From: a bacterium
Lineage (GTDB): Bacteria > Zhuqueibacterota > Zhuqueibacteria > Oceanimicrobiales > Oceanimicrobiaceae
Length of the DNA stretch: 64,000 nucleotides
NCBI GenBank assembly: GCA_046758365.1
Contig: JBHIAC010000001.1
Span: forward strand, 77,202-141,201
Direction of reading: 5' to 3'
Shown here: one piece after another, positions 29,655 to 38,530 of the stretch
How the letters are laid out: the number at the start of each line of letters is the position of its first letter
How positions within the stretch are numbered: the first letter of the stretch is position 1
Made by a program: the position numbers and the translations under genes
Notes under the pieces: generated by a model
Told to the model about the DNA's origin: nothing
Databases searched by the model: none
The model's input: the letters and a program-made list of their open reading frames with translations, nothing else

Positions 29655-29972
29655 TTGTCTAAGTTTTCTATCATAGCAGTTATTTCAGCGTTTTTGGTGG
29701 GCATGTTTTCAGGTGCTTTCGCCATTATTACTTTTAGGCATGAAATTTGGCCAATTTCAGGGCATGTTAAAGAGATGGCTTTATATGTAATTTCTTCTGT
29801 GCCAATATTTGTGATATTATTAATGTGGTATTTGAAAGTTATTAAATTTTGTGGGAAGGTGTTGGGAGAAGGTCTAGGTCGATTGATTAATGCCATTTTG
29901 AGCTTCGTATTAGTGACATTGATTCTACTTTTTGCAGTGATAATTGGCATCTTTTTTGTCGTTATTACTTAA
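29655..29972 (+). CDS. Hypothetical small polytopic membrane protein
   Basis: TTG start 8 nt after AAGGGGTGA. Three to four hydrophobic helices. The antisense ORF 29624-29950 is non-hydrophobic and looks like an artefact. Confidence 0.4.
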   Translation: MSKFSIIAVISAFLVGMFSGAFAIITFRHEIWPISGHVKEMALYVISSVPIFVILLMWYLKVIKFCGKVLGEGLGRLINAILSFVLVTLILLFAVIIGIFFVVIT

Positions 29973-30416
29973 GACTCATTGTCGTAGTCCAACGTTTTCC
30001 CGCCATTTAGGTCACGATAATTCCTCACTTGTTTTACTGTTTAATGATATTAATAAGTAAAAAAATTTGTGGATAATTTAGTTTATGAATAAAAAATAAT
30101 AAAGGAGCTGTAGCTGTATTTTACCATGAGTACATGCCTTTCAAAGAGTGCTTCAAATTAGTAAATAATGATGAACCTAATCGGTTTTTTAGTCAAGATT
30201 TATAGTAGCTCTCGACTTAAGATCATGTGGCGATTTTAATCCACAAGGTTGAATATTTTCCAAATTAATGATTGTAGAATTTGTATTTAACTGAAATAAT
30301 GTTTCAATTAGACACATACCCGAAGGCATCGTGTATATAAGTCTAAGTTTTATAAAAACAAAAAACAAGGCTATTTTAATTAATAAGTATCAAGAACTTA
30401 TTCACGATTGATTAAA

Positions 30417-30432
30417 TGGTACAATATTTGCA
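30417..30432 (+). promoter_or_regulatory. Sigma-54-type (-24/-12) promoter candidate upstream of the giant surface-protein gene
   Basis: TGGTACaatatTTGCA matches TGGCAC-N5-TTGCW with correct GG-N10-GC spacing. It lies ~90 nt upstream of the start codon. Confidence 0.5.
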
Positions 30433-30524
30433 AAATCAATATTATTCTCGTTACAAGACTAATTTATGTTAGCTTAAATTTTAAAATATTTGTTTATTAG
30501 CGGTCTTCTATGGAGGTTCATGCA

Positions 30525-33500
30525 ATGCTAAATCTATATTCCTTAGGATCGAGGTCTATTTTAGGAGCTATAATTTTTTTGTTTTTCACCTCGGCAATAT
30601 TTGCGCAATACAAAATCATGCCACTTGGAGATTCGATCACAAGGGGAGAAGGGTCCTCTGCCGATGGAGGATATCGGGATGATTTAGATTCCTTATTGAC
30701 TGATGCGGGAGAGCTTTTTAATTTTGTTGGAACTTTGAGCGATACTTCCGGAGACCATGATAGAGACCATGAAGGGCACGATGCTTGGCCAGCCGATTCC
30801 GTCGATTTTCATATCAACACTTTGATGAATTCATATAATCCTGACATAGTTCTTTTACACATTGGAACTAACAATATATCGGGAGATGAAAATACTTTAT
30901 TAATAATAAATGAAATTAGTAGTATCGTAGATAAAATTTATAATTATGACACTTCAACTATTATACTATTATGCAGTTTGATCCCAAGAACGGATTTGAC
31001 CTCAAGAGACGAACAAACCACAGCTCTTAATCAATCCATAGAAACTTTAGTTTACGACAAAAGGACTTTGGGCTATATAATTTATTATGTAGGACAGAAT
31101 GAAATCTTTAAATCGAATAACAATTGGGCCACTGATTATATGGTTAATAATTTGCATCCAAATGATACCGGTTATAACCTAATGGCACAGGTATTTTTTA
31201 ATGCCATATTAAATGCAATCAATTCATCAGGTTCAATTGTTACTGACAATTTCAATCGTACAAAATTAGGAATCACTTGGGTTGCTGATCCAGAATATAT
31301 TATTGTTAATAATCAGCTTTCAAACACCTCAGCGGTTGATGCTTGGGATTTTATGGCTGTTTATGTAACTCAAATTAATCCAAAACAAGTTTCATTCACC
31401 TGGGGTGTAAATGCCGATGCCAATGGAATCGATCTTGGTGGCTTTGCTTTAATGCTGAATAGCCCGTCTCCAGATGCTGACGGATACCTTGTATGGAGGC
31501 GTACGTCAGATAACAGAATTGATCTATGGACCATTGTAAATGGTGTTCCAGACACCCCCATAGCCCAAACAGCTACTTCATTACCACCTCCTTCCGCAGG
31601 GGATGAATTTAAGATTATTTTAAGCACAGATGGGAGTGGTCATCATTTTGATTGTTTTATAAATGGTTCATTAGACGCGAGGATTTCAGATCTAAATAAA
31701 TTACAAGGAAATGGAGCTACACTTTATTCTGGCGTGTATCTTAGAGGAAATAAAAACAATGATATTGATAATTTCAATATTATCCAGAGTAGTGATGAGA
31801 CGAGGCCGGCTGCAGTTATAGATCTGAGCGTCGGTTTAATTTCAGCAACATCAATTGAATTAACATGGAAAGCAACCGGGGATGATTCGCTCCAAGGGAC
31901 CGCATCGAGCTATGATCTGCGTTATGCAACCACTCTTATAACCAATGAGAATTTTCCAGGAGCCACTAAAGTGACTGGTTTGCCCACACCTTCAGGCCCG
32001 AGCACTCCGGAGAGCTTTTTTGTTACAAATTTACAGCCGAATACTACATACTATTTTGCATTAAAAGTTTTGGATGAAGCCAACAATGCTTCAGATATTT
32101 CTAATGTTCCAACGGCAACAACTCTATCTGGATTTACATTTACAGATGATTTTAATAATAGGAGTGAATTAGGAACAGATTGGAATGCTGACCCAGAATA
32201 TCAGATTGTTTCAGGGGAATTAGACAATACCTCGGCATTGGATCAATGGGGTTTTATGGCCGTTTATACGGCTCGTAAAAATCCCCTTGATGTATCGATC
32301 CAATGGGGTTCTGGGGCTGATGCTAATGGAATCGATGGCGGTGGGTTTGCCATAATGTTAAATTCTTCGTCTCCAGATGCTGACGGATATTTAGTTTGGA
32401 AAAAGCCTACCCAACAATTATATGATCTTTGGACGATCGTGAATGGCCAGCCTGCACAGTCTATCACTCAAGTAGCTTCCACTATCCCCGGGCCTGCAGC
32501 GGGAGGTACTTTTAAGGTCGTACCAAGATCTGATGACTCCGGTCACCATTTTGATTGCTTTATTGATGGACAATTTGATGCGACAATTTCAGATGTAAAC
32601 AAACTTCAGGGCAATGGTTCAATTCTTTATTCAGGCGTAATGTTGCGTGGAGGAAGAAATAACAATGTAGATGAGTTCTCTTTAACTTATCAAGTTGGTA
32701 ATCCCACAAGTTTAGTGAAAGATTTTGGCGATAATCAGACGGGAGTAGTTAATACTACTTTACCTGATTCATTGGTTGTTTTGGTTTCAGATCAAAATGG
32801 TAATCCAGTTCCAAACGTCGGAATCGACTATACGGTGACAGAGGGGAATGGGTCTGTGAATGTTGTGGCTACGCTTGATAAAATTCGAGTTGAAGCAGAA
32901 TCGGGAATATTAACAGCACCCATGCAAATTGCAGCAGACCCTTTGGCTTCCAATGGTAATTATATATGGGTACCTGTGGGTGCAGGCACCAACGGAGTTG
33001 CTGAATATTCATTTGATGTTCCTACAGACGATACCTATGTAATTTGGGGTAGAGTAATAGCACCAAACGGTTCTGAAGATTCCTTCTTTATATCCATGGA
33101 TGGTGGACCAGATGTGTTATGGGATGTATTGCAGGGATTATGGCAAAGTGATTGGACTTGGGATCAAGTATCGGACCGAGGTACTGGAAGTAGTTTAAAT
33201 CCTGAATTTGATCCTAAGCTATTTCAATTAACAGCAGGGACACACAATCTTAAAATAAAACAAAGAGATGCGGGGACTAAAATAGATAAAATAATCATTA
33301 CGAGCGATTTAAATTTTGTGCCTTCCGGATTAGAAGAGACGAGTGGTTTGGAGACTGATATAAACGGTAAAGCTTTCGCTTTTTTGACTTTGGGTACTAC
33401 CGCTGGAAACAATAGCGTTCAAGTATCGGCAGCCGGTCTCATTCCTGTGACTTTTACAGCAACTGGAACTGCTGATTCGGCTGAAACCATCGAAAAAATA

Positions 33501-36500
33501 TCTGGAGATGACCAAATCGCACCGCCCGGAACTCTGTTGCCTGAACCATTCGTGGTGGAATTAAAGGATCTGTATGGCAATCTAGTGGCCAATTTTCCTG
33601 TTAATTGGGATGTAATTACCGGAAATGGTACCCTGTCTTCTCCAAGCCCGGTTTTCACTGACGAAAATGGTCAGGCCTCAGATACCCTTACAATGGCTAC
33701 CAATGGCCCAATTAATGAAGTGTTGGTTACGGCCCCGGGAGTGGTAGGGGATTCTGTAATTTTTAGGGCTACGGCTGAACCCGGCGATCCAGCAACTTTG
33801 GTTGTGCTTTCAGGCGATGATCAAGTGGGACAGGCTAATCAAGTGTTACCAGAATCCTTAAGTGTTAAAATAACCGATGTGATTGGGACTCCAAAGTCCA
33901 ACCATCCCGTTACGTTTGAAGTTAAAAGCGGCGGTGGAACCTTGAACGATTCTCTATCCATAATTACTAGAAATGCAAACGGTAATGGAATTGCTGAAGT
34001 TTCATGGACGTTAGGACCCGAATTAGGTGCGCAGAATACCGTGGAAGTAAGCTCTTCTTTTAATGGCAATCCCCTAAACAATTCACCCCATACATTTCAG
34101 GCTACAGCCTTGGCGCCTAGTATTTTAGCTAAAGAATCCGGGGATAACCAGACCGGAACCGCAAATAAGGCTCTTTCTCAACCTTTTGAAGTTAAGGTAA
34201 CCAGCAACGATGGAACACCTGTTGCAGGCGTGGAAGTTACCTTTACGGTTACTGGGGGCGGAGGAAATTTCAGTGGGACTTCTTCTACTATCGTGTTTAC
34301 TAATGACTTGGGTATCGCAGAGACTACTTTAACTTTGGGCCCAACGCCAGGCGCCACCAATACAGCTCAGGCCACGGCATCCTTTGATAGTAATCCTCTT
34401 GTTGGTTCCCCCATTGACTTTACAGCAACCTCGGCTGTGCCGCAAACATTGGTGCGGGTTTCTGAAGATACTTTAAATGGTCCGGTGAATTCGTCTTTGT
34501 CTGATTCTGTAAAAGTGCAAGTTCTGGATGCCTTGGACCAGCCATTAGAGAATTGGGATGTGATTTTTGCTGTCACTATGGGTGGAGGTAATGTTAATGG
34601 CAGCACAATTGATACAGTCCAGACTGATGCTAACGGTATTGCCGGAGCTGAATGGACCCTCGGTGGTGTCGCGGGTGATTACAACAATAAACTTCAGGCT
34701 TCGGCTACTTTTAATAGTCAACCCCTGGGTTCTCCTATTGAATTTGTAGCCTCAGCAGAACCCGGTACCGCAACAGATTTGGTCAAAGTATCCGGCGATA
34801 GTCTAAACGGCGTCATCCAAAATCCTTTACCTGAACCCTTTGTGGTTCAAGTCACAGATGGTTCCAATCCTATTGTAGGATGGTCTGTTACATTTACGGT
34901 TATAGAAGGAGGCGGGAATATAAATGGCTCGCAATCTGTGGTGGTTCCAACCAATGCTTCCGGAGAGGCTTCTGCTACCTTGACTTTAGGAAATATTTCT
35001 GGCTTGTGGAACAATGTGGTAGAGGCTGCTGCGGAAAATGGTGACCCGTTAAATGGATCACCAATTAGATTTGTTGCAACAGCCGCAGCTAATAATGCAA
35101 GTAAATTAATTTATGTTGCTGGAAATAATCAAAATGGACAAGCTGGTGAATCTCTACCGCAGCAAGTCCAAGTAAAAGTTACTGACAACCAAGATAACCC
35201 AATATCGGGTCATCCAGTTACTTTTAAAGTAACCAAAGGCGGTGGCACGATTAACGGTTTATTATCTTCTGATACACTGGATGTTGTCCCTACCAATGAA
35301 AGTGGTATTGCATCAGTTACCTGGTATCTGGGGGGTACCATAGGAACTAATTCTCAAGCTTTGGAAATAAATGCGAATGATGGTGTAAACGATTTGGATG
35401 GTTCCCCAATGACTATTTTAGCCAGCGCTACCGCTGGTCCGGTTGATCCCGATGCATCATATTTGGAATCTAATGTATCCCAATTACCAGCCGATGGACA
35501 GACTACGGCTACCATCACGGTGGCCTTTACCGATAAATTTGGTAATCCTGTTGAAGGTAAGGCCGTGAACATTATTTCAACAGGTAGCTTCAATATCATT
35601 AACAACCCAGCGAGTTTAACCGATGAAAATGGTCAGGCGGTTGGAACAATCGCCTCTACCAAAGCTGAAGTAAAATCTATTAGTGCAAGAAATGTGTCTG
35701 ATGGTTTTGATTTAAATACTACAATTAATGTGGAATTTCTTCCTTTGGATCCTGATAAGATAGAGGAAAGTAGTGGTAACGGTCAAATCGCTAATATTGG
35801 CACAGCATTAGAGAATCCTATTGTTGTTATCGTCAAAGATGTAAATAACAACCCCGTTCCAGATGTAAGTGTTGAAATTTTGGTTAATGATGGCGGCGGG
35901 TTTATTTTAAATGAAAGCTCACCGCCTCAGGGCGCTTTAGGTAAATTCTCTGTGGCTATTCTTACAGATAGCGAAGGCAAAGCATCGGCTAATTGGGTGC
36001 TTGGCCCGAATCCTGGTACGAATACGGCGGAGGCGCGTGTCACTGGACTTACAGGTTCTCCAGTTGTTTTCACCGCTAACGGTGTCAATGCGACTGCAAC
36101 AAATATGGAATCATATTCTGGCGACAATCAAGAGGGAGTTATGGCAGGAAGAACCCTCCCTGATCCATTAAAAGTAAGAGTCACGGATGCCAACGGTAAA
36201 CCAGTTTGGAATGTACCAGTGACATTTACTATCACATTAGGGGGTGGATCACTTTCTAATGAAAATGCTGTGACTGATTATCAAGGCATTGCTCAAACTA
36301 ACTTGACATTGGGACCAACGGTTGGAACCAATATGGTAGAAGCAAGCAATGCTTCGCTTTCCGGGTCACCAGTAACCTTCTTCTTTGTGAGTGTTGAAGG
36401 TACGCCGGCGATTCTAACCGCCTTTGAAGGAGATGGAGGAAGTGGGGCTGTAAACTCTCTTTATCCGATCTCTATCAAAATTACTGATATACATGAAAAT

Positions 36501-38123
36501 CCAGTTGCAGGCGTTCATGCTGGATTTCAGGTCATTGAAGGAGGCGCCTCTATTGAAAGCGCAGAAAATGCCACCGATGCATCAGGAATTGCACGGGCGC
36601 AAGTTAGACTGCCTACATCCATTGGTACCGTAAAAGTCAAAGCTACTTCTAACGATTTACCAGATTTCTTTGTAACATTCTCGATATCTGTTGTATCTGG
36701 CCAAGCGGTATATATTGAACTGTTCGATGGCAATAATCAAACAGGTACAGTAGGTCGTGAATTAGTATTCCCTCTAGAACTCCGGGTAAATGATACCTAT
36801 GGAAATCCAGTATCGGGACATCAAGTGCAATGGGTGCCAACTCAAGGGAGTGGTAGTCTCAAATATCAAACAACTAGCACAGATGAAGATGGGATGACAG
36901 CAAACATTTTTACCTTGGGTGCCCAACCAGGAATAAATGAAGCTTATGCAATAGCTTCCACATTAAGTGGGTCGCCAATTATTTTCACGGCTACGGGAGT
37001 AATTAACAATTTCCCAGTATTTGTTGGATTAAATGATACATCTGTGGTAGAAGGAAACCTGCTGGAATTTCAGGTTAATGCAACCGACGATGACAGCGAT
37101 CCTATTACCTATGAAGCCGAGGATTTACCGCTTGGTGCGACTTTTAACCAAAGCGAAAGAACTTTCAATTGGACGCCAGGGGACCAACAATCTGGTGAGT
37201 ATAAATTGACCTTTATTGCAAGAGATGACCAGGGTGGATTAGACGCTGAGACTATTACTATCACGGTAAAAAACAGTAACCATCCTCCGGTCTTAAGCGC
37301 TTGGAGTCCACAGGATTTCGACCTGGTATTTATCAAAGGCGTAACTATACTTTTCTCGGTAACTGCAACAGATGCAGATCAGGATGAGTTAACCTATAAA
37401 TGGGAAAAAGATGGGATGTGGGTTGCCTCAACTCCTCAATATGAATTCATCACAAGCCCCTTAGATCCTAAATCTTATATTATAACAGTAGAAGTCAGCG
37501 ACAATCAAGATGTTGTTTCTCTTGAGTGGAAAATTGATATTGTCGTATCTGTTGAGCTTTCTAGCTTTCAAGCTCAATTTGACGGGTTCAACGGAGTTAA
37601 AATATCTTGGACTACAAGCCGGGAAATTGATAATCGCGGATATAATATACTGGGGAGCCTAACAAGGAATGGAGATTTCACCAAATTAAATGATGAATTG
37701 ATTGCTTCAAATGACAAAGGCGTATATCATTTTATTGACTTAAATGTAGAGGTTGGCAGACGTTATTTTTATATTCTTGAAGATGTGGACATTCGAGGTG
37801 TAAAAACGCAACATGGTCCAATTTCAGTGGATATAACCGCACCAAAAAATTATGAATTGAGCCAGAACTATCCTAACCCATTTAATCCTGAAACTAAGAT
37901 ACGGTATCAATTACCAGAAGCAGGTCAGGTTGTTGTTAAAATCTATAATCTCTTAGGACGTGAAGTTAAAACGCTTGTGAATGAACGTAAAGAAGCGGGA
38001 TTTCATGTTGTAACTTGGGATGCTAAAGATAATTTTGGTCGAGAAGTAAGTTCAGGAATTTATTATTATCGAATTATTGTTGGTACATTCCATCAAACTA
38101 ACAAAATGGTTTTTATGAAATAG
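30525..38123 (+). CDS. Giant T9SS-secreted surface protein: SGNH esterase + 2x LamG-like + Fn3 + ~12 Big_1-like Ig repeats (one with a nested CBM-like insert) + cadherin-like domains + T9SS C-terminal sorting domain
   Basis: GGAGG at 30512-30516 favours ATG 30525 over the listed 30510. Signal peptide present. GDSIT/GTNN/LHPNDTGY SGNH blocks. Repeated ..SGDNQTG..LP.P..V.V.D..GNPV.. units. The C-terminus NYPNPFNPETKIRYQLPEAGQVVVKIYNLLGREV..SGIYYYRI is a classic T9SS CTD. Confidence 0.85.
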   Translation: MLNLYSLGSRSILGAIIFLFFTSAIFAQYKIMPLGDSITRGEGSSADGGYRDDLDSLLTDAGELFNFVGTLSDTSGDHDRDHEGHDAWPADSVDFHINTLMNSYNPDIVLLHIGTNNISGDENTLLIINEISSIVDKIYNYDTSTIILLCSLIPRTDLTSRDEQTTALNQSIETLVYDKRTLGYIIYYVGQNEIFKSNNNWATDYMVNNLHPNDTGYNLMAQVFFNAILNAINSSGSIVTDNFNRTKLGITWVADPEYIIVNNQLSNTSAVDAWDFMAVYVTQINPKQVSFTWGVNADANGIDLGGFALMLNSPSPDADGYLVWRRTSDNRIDLWTIVNGVPDTPIAQTATSLPPPSAGDEFKIILSTDGSGHHFDCFINGSLDARISDLNKLQGNGATLYSGVYLRGNKNNDIDNFNIIQSSDETRPAAVIDLSVGLISATSIELTWKATGDDSLQGTASSYDLRYATTLITNENFPGATKVTGLPTPSGPSTPESFFVTNLQPNTTYYFALKVLDEANNASDISNVPTATTLSGFTFTDDFNNRSELGTDWNADPEYQIVSGELDNTSALDQWGFMAVYTARKNPLDVSIQWGSGADANGIDGGGFAIMLNSSSPDADGYLVWKKPTQQLYDLWTIVNGQPAQSITQVASTIPGPAAGGTFKVVPRSDDSGHHFDCFIDGQFDATISDVNKLQGNGSILYSGVMLRGGRNNNVDEFSLTYQVGNPTSLVKDFGDNQTGVVNTTLPDSLVVLVSDQNGNPVPNVGIDYTVTEGNGSVNVVATLDKIRVEAESGILTAPMQIAADPLASNGNYIWVPVGAGTNGVAEYSFDVPTDDTYVIWGRVIAPNGSEDSFFISMDGGPDVLWDVLQGLWQSDWTWDQVSDRGTGSSLNPEFDPKLFQLTAGTHNLKIKQRDAGTKIDKIIITSDLNFVPSGLEETSGLETDINGKAFAFLTLGTTAGNNSVQVSAAGLIPVTFTATGTADSAETIEKISGDDQIAPPGTLLPEPFVVELKDLYGNLVANFPVNWDVITGNGTLSSPSPVFTDENGQASDTLTMATNGPINEVLVTAPGVVGDSVIFRATAEPGDPATLVVLSGDDQVGQANQVLPESLSVKITDVIGTPKSNHPVTFEVKSGGGTLNDSLSIITRNANGNGIAEVSWTLGPELGAQNTVEVSSSFNGNPLNNSPHTFQATALAPSILAKESGDNQTGTANKALSQPFEVKVTSNDGTPVAGVEVTFTVTGGGGNFSGTSSTIVFTNDLGIAETTLTLGPTPGATNTAQATASFDSNPLVGSPIDFTATSAVPQTLVRVSEDTLNGPVNSSLSDSVKVQVLDALDQPLENWDVIFAVTMGGGNVNGSTIDTVQTDANGIAGAEWTLGGVAGDYNNKLQASATFNSQPLGSPIEFVASAEPGTATDLVKVSGDSLNGVIQNPLPEPFVVQVTDGSNPIVGWSVTFTVIEGGGNINGSQSVVVPTNASGEASATLTLGNISGLWNNVVEAAAENGDPLNGSPIRFVATAAANNASKLIYVAGNNQNGQAGESLPQQVQVKVTDNQDNPISGHPVTFKVTKGGGTINGLLSSDTLDVVPTNESGIASVTWYLGGTIGTNSQALEINANDGVNDLDGSPMTILASATAGPVDPDASYLESNVSQLPADGQTTATITVAFTDKFGNPVEGKAVNIISTGSFNIINNPASLTDENGQAVGTIASTKAEVKSISARNVSDGFDLNTTINVEFLPLDPDKIEESSGNGQIANIGTALENPIVVIVKDVNNNPVPDVSVEILVNDGGGFILNESSPPQGALGKFSVAILTDSEGKASANWVLGPNPGTNTAEARVTGLTGSPVVFTANGVNATATNMESYSGDNQEGVMAGRTLPDPLKVRVTDANGKPVWNVPVTFTITLGGGSLSNENAVTDYQGIAQTNLTLGPTVGTNMVEASNASLSGSPVTFFFVSVEGTPAILTAFEGDGGSGAVNSLYPISIKITDIHENPVAGVHAGFQVIEGGASIESAENATDASGIARAQVRLPTSIGTVKVKATSNDLPDFFVTFSISVVSGQAVYIELFDGNNQTGTVGRELVFPLELRVNDTYGNPVSGHQVQWVPTQGSGSLKYQTTSTDEDGMTANIFTLGAQPGINEAYAIASTLSGSPIIFTATGVINNFPVFVGLNDTSVVEGNLLEFQVNATDDDSDPITYEAEDLPLGATFNQSERTFNWTPGDQQSGEYKLTFIARDDQGGLDAETITITVKNSNHPPVLSAWSPQDFDLVFIKGVTILFSVTATDADQDELTYKWEKDGMWVASTPQYEFITSPLDPKSYIITVEVSDNQDVVSLEWKIDIVVSVELSSFQAQFDGFNGVKISWTTSREIDNRGYNILGSLTRNGDFTKLNDELIASNDKGVYHFIDLNVEVGRRYFYILEDVDIRGVKTQHGPISVDITAPKNYELSQNYPNPFNPETKIRYQLPEAGQVVVKIYNLLGREVKTLVNERKEAGFHVVTWDAKDNFGREVSSGIYYYRIIVGTFHQTNKMVFMK
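30609..31225 (+). other. SGNH/GDSL hydrolase domain of the giant protein
   Basis: Block I MPLGDSITRG, block III LLHIGTNNI, block V NNLHPNDTGYNLMA. Confidence 0.75.
32871..33327 (+). other. CBM-like beta-sandwich inserted inside the first Big_1-like repeat
   Basis: The first repeat (..DYTVTEGNGSVNVVA) is interrupted by LDKIRVEAESG..NGNYIWV..YVIWGRV..FFISMDGG..LTAGTHNLKIKQRDAGTKIDKIIIT. It resumes with TDINGKAFAFLTLGTTAGNNSVQVSAAGL..VTFTATG. Confidence 0.55.
37851..38120 (+). other. T9SS C-terminal sorting domain
   Basis: YELSQNYPNPFNPETKIRYQLPEAGQVVVKIYNLLGREVKTLVNE..GFHVVTWDAKDNFGREVSSGIYYYRI. Confidence 0.85.
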
Positions 38124-38278
38124 GGATAAATATCCTACATAATCTTGCATTCAGAATGAATATACTGAATGATCCTAGTTTGTTTAATATGAGCCCACAG
38201 TGTCAAACTACCTAGTATCCTGTTTGATGAAATCCTCCCATCAATAACTCAGGTTTTACCCGGCCGCAGCTATTTCTA

Positions 38279-38307
38279 TTGACATTTCATAGTATAAATA
38301 TTATATT
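38279..38307 (+). promoter_or_regulatory. Sigma-70-type promoter candidate for carAB
   Basis: TTGACA (38279-38284), a 17-nt spacer, then TATATT (38302-38307). Confidence 0.45.
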
Positions 38308-38357
38308 AGCAAGGCCATTGTAAAATTCAACTAAGTCATGTAAATCGAACCGAAATC

Positions 38358-38435
38358 GTCATTCTCGAGTGATTTTATCGGGAATCGTGTGCTTAAATTA
38401 CTGATGGATTCCTGCTTACAACTTACGGGAATGAC
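38358..38435. repeat. Nested inverted repeat (two GTCATTC..GGAATC units in opposite orientation) in the carA leader
   Basis: The outer pair is GTCATTCTCG (38358-38367)/CGGGAATGAC (38426-38435), 9 of 10. The inner pair is GGAATC (38381-38386)/GATTCC (38407-38412). Confidence 0.65.
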
Positions 38436-38530
38436 ATTCATAGAGCAAATATGTTAAATTTACAATAGTTTAGATAGTAATTTTTAATTACTTTACTAGC
38501 GTTGTAGATTTTTCAAAGAGAATTGTATTT

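Noticed and set aside
29624-29950. 108-aa ORF on the - strand, antisense to the small membrane-protein gene.
   Set aside because: It is non-hydrophobic and low-complexity with no RBS. The + strand frame has an SD-like AAGGGGTGA and clear TM helices, and every neighbouring gene is on the + strand.
38124-38171. Short hairpins after the giant gene (GGATA..TATCC; CATTCAG-N10-CTGAATG), considered as its terminator.
   Set aside because: The stems are 5-7 bp and AT-rich, without a U-tract. They are plausible but not supportable from sequence alone.
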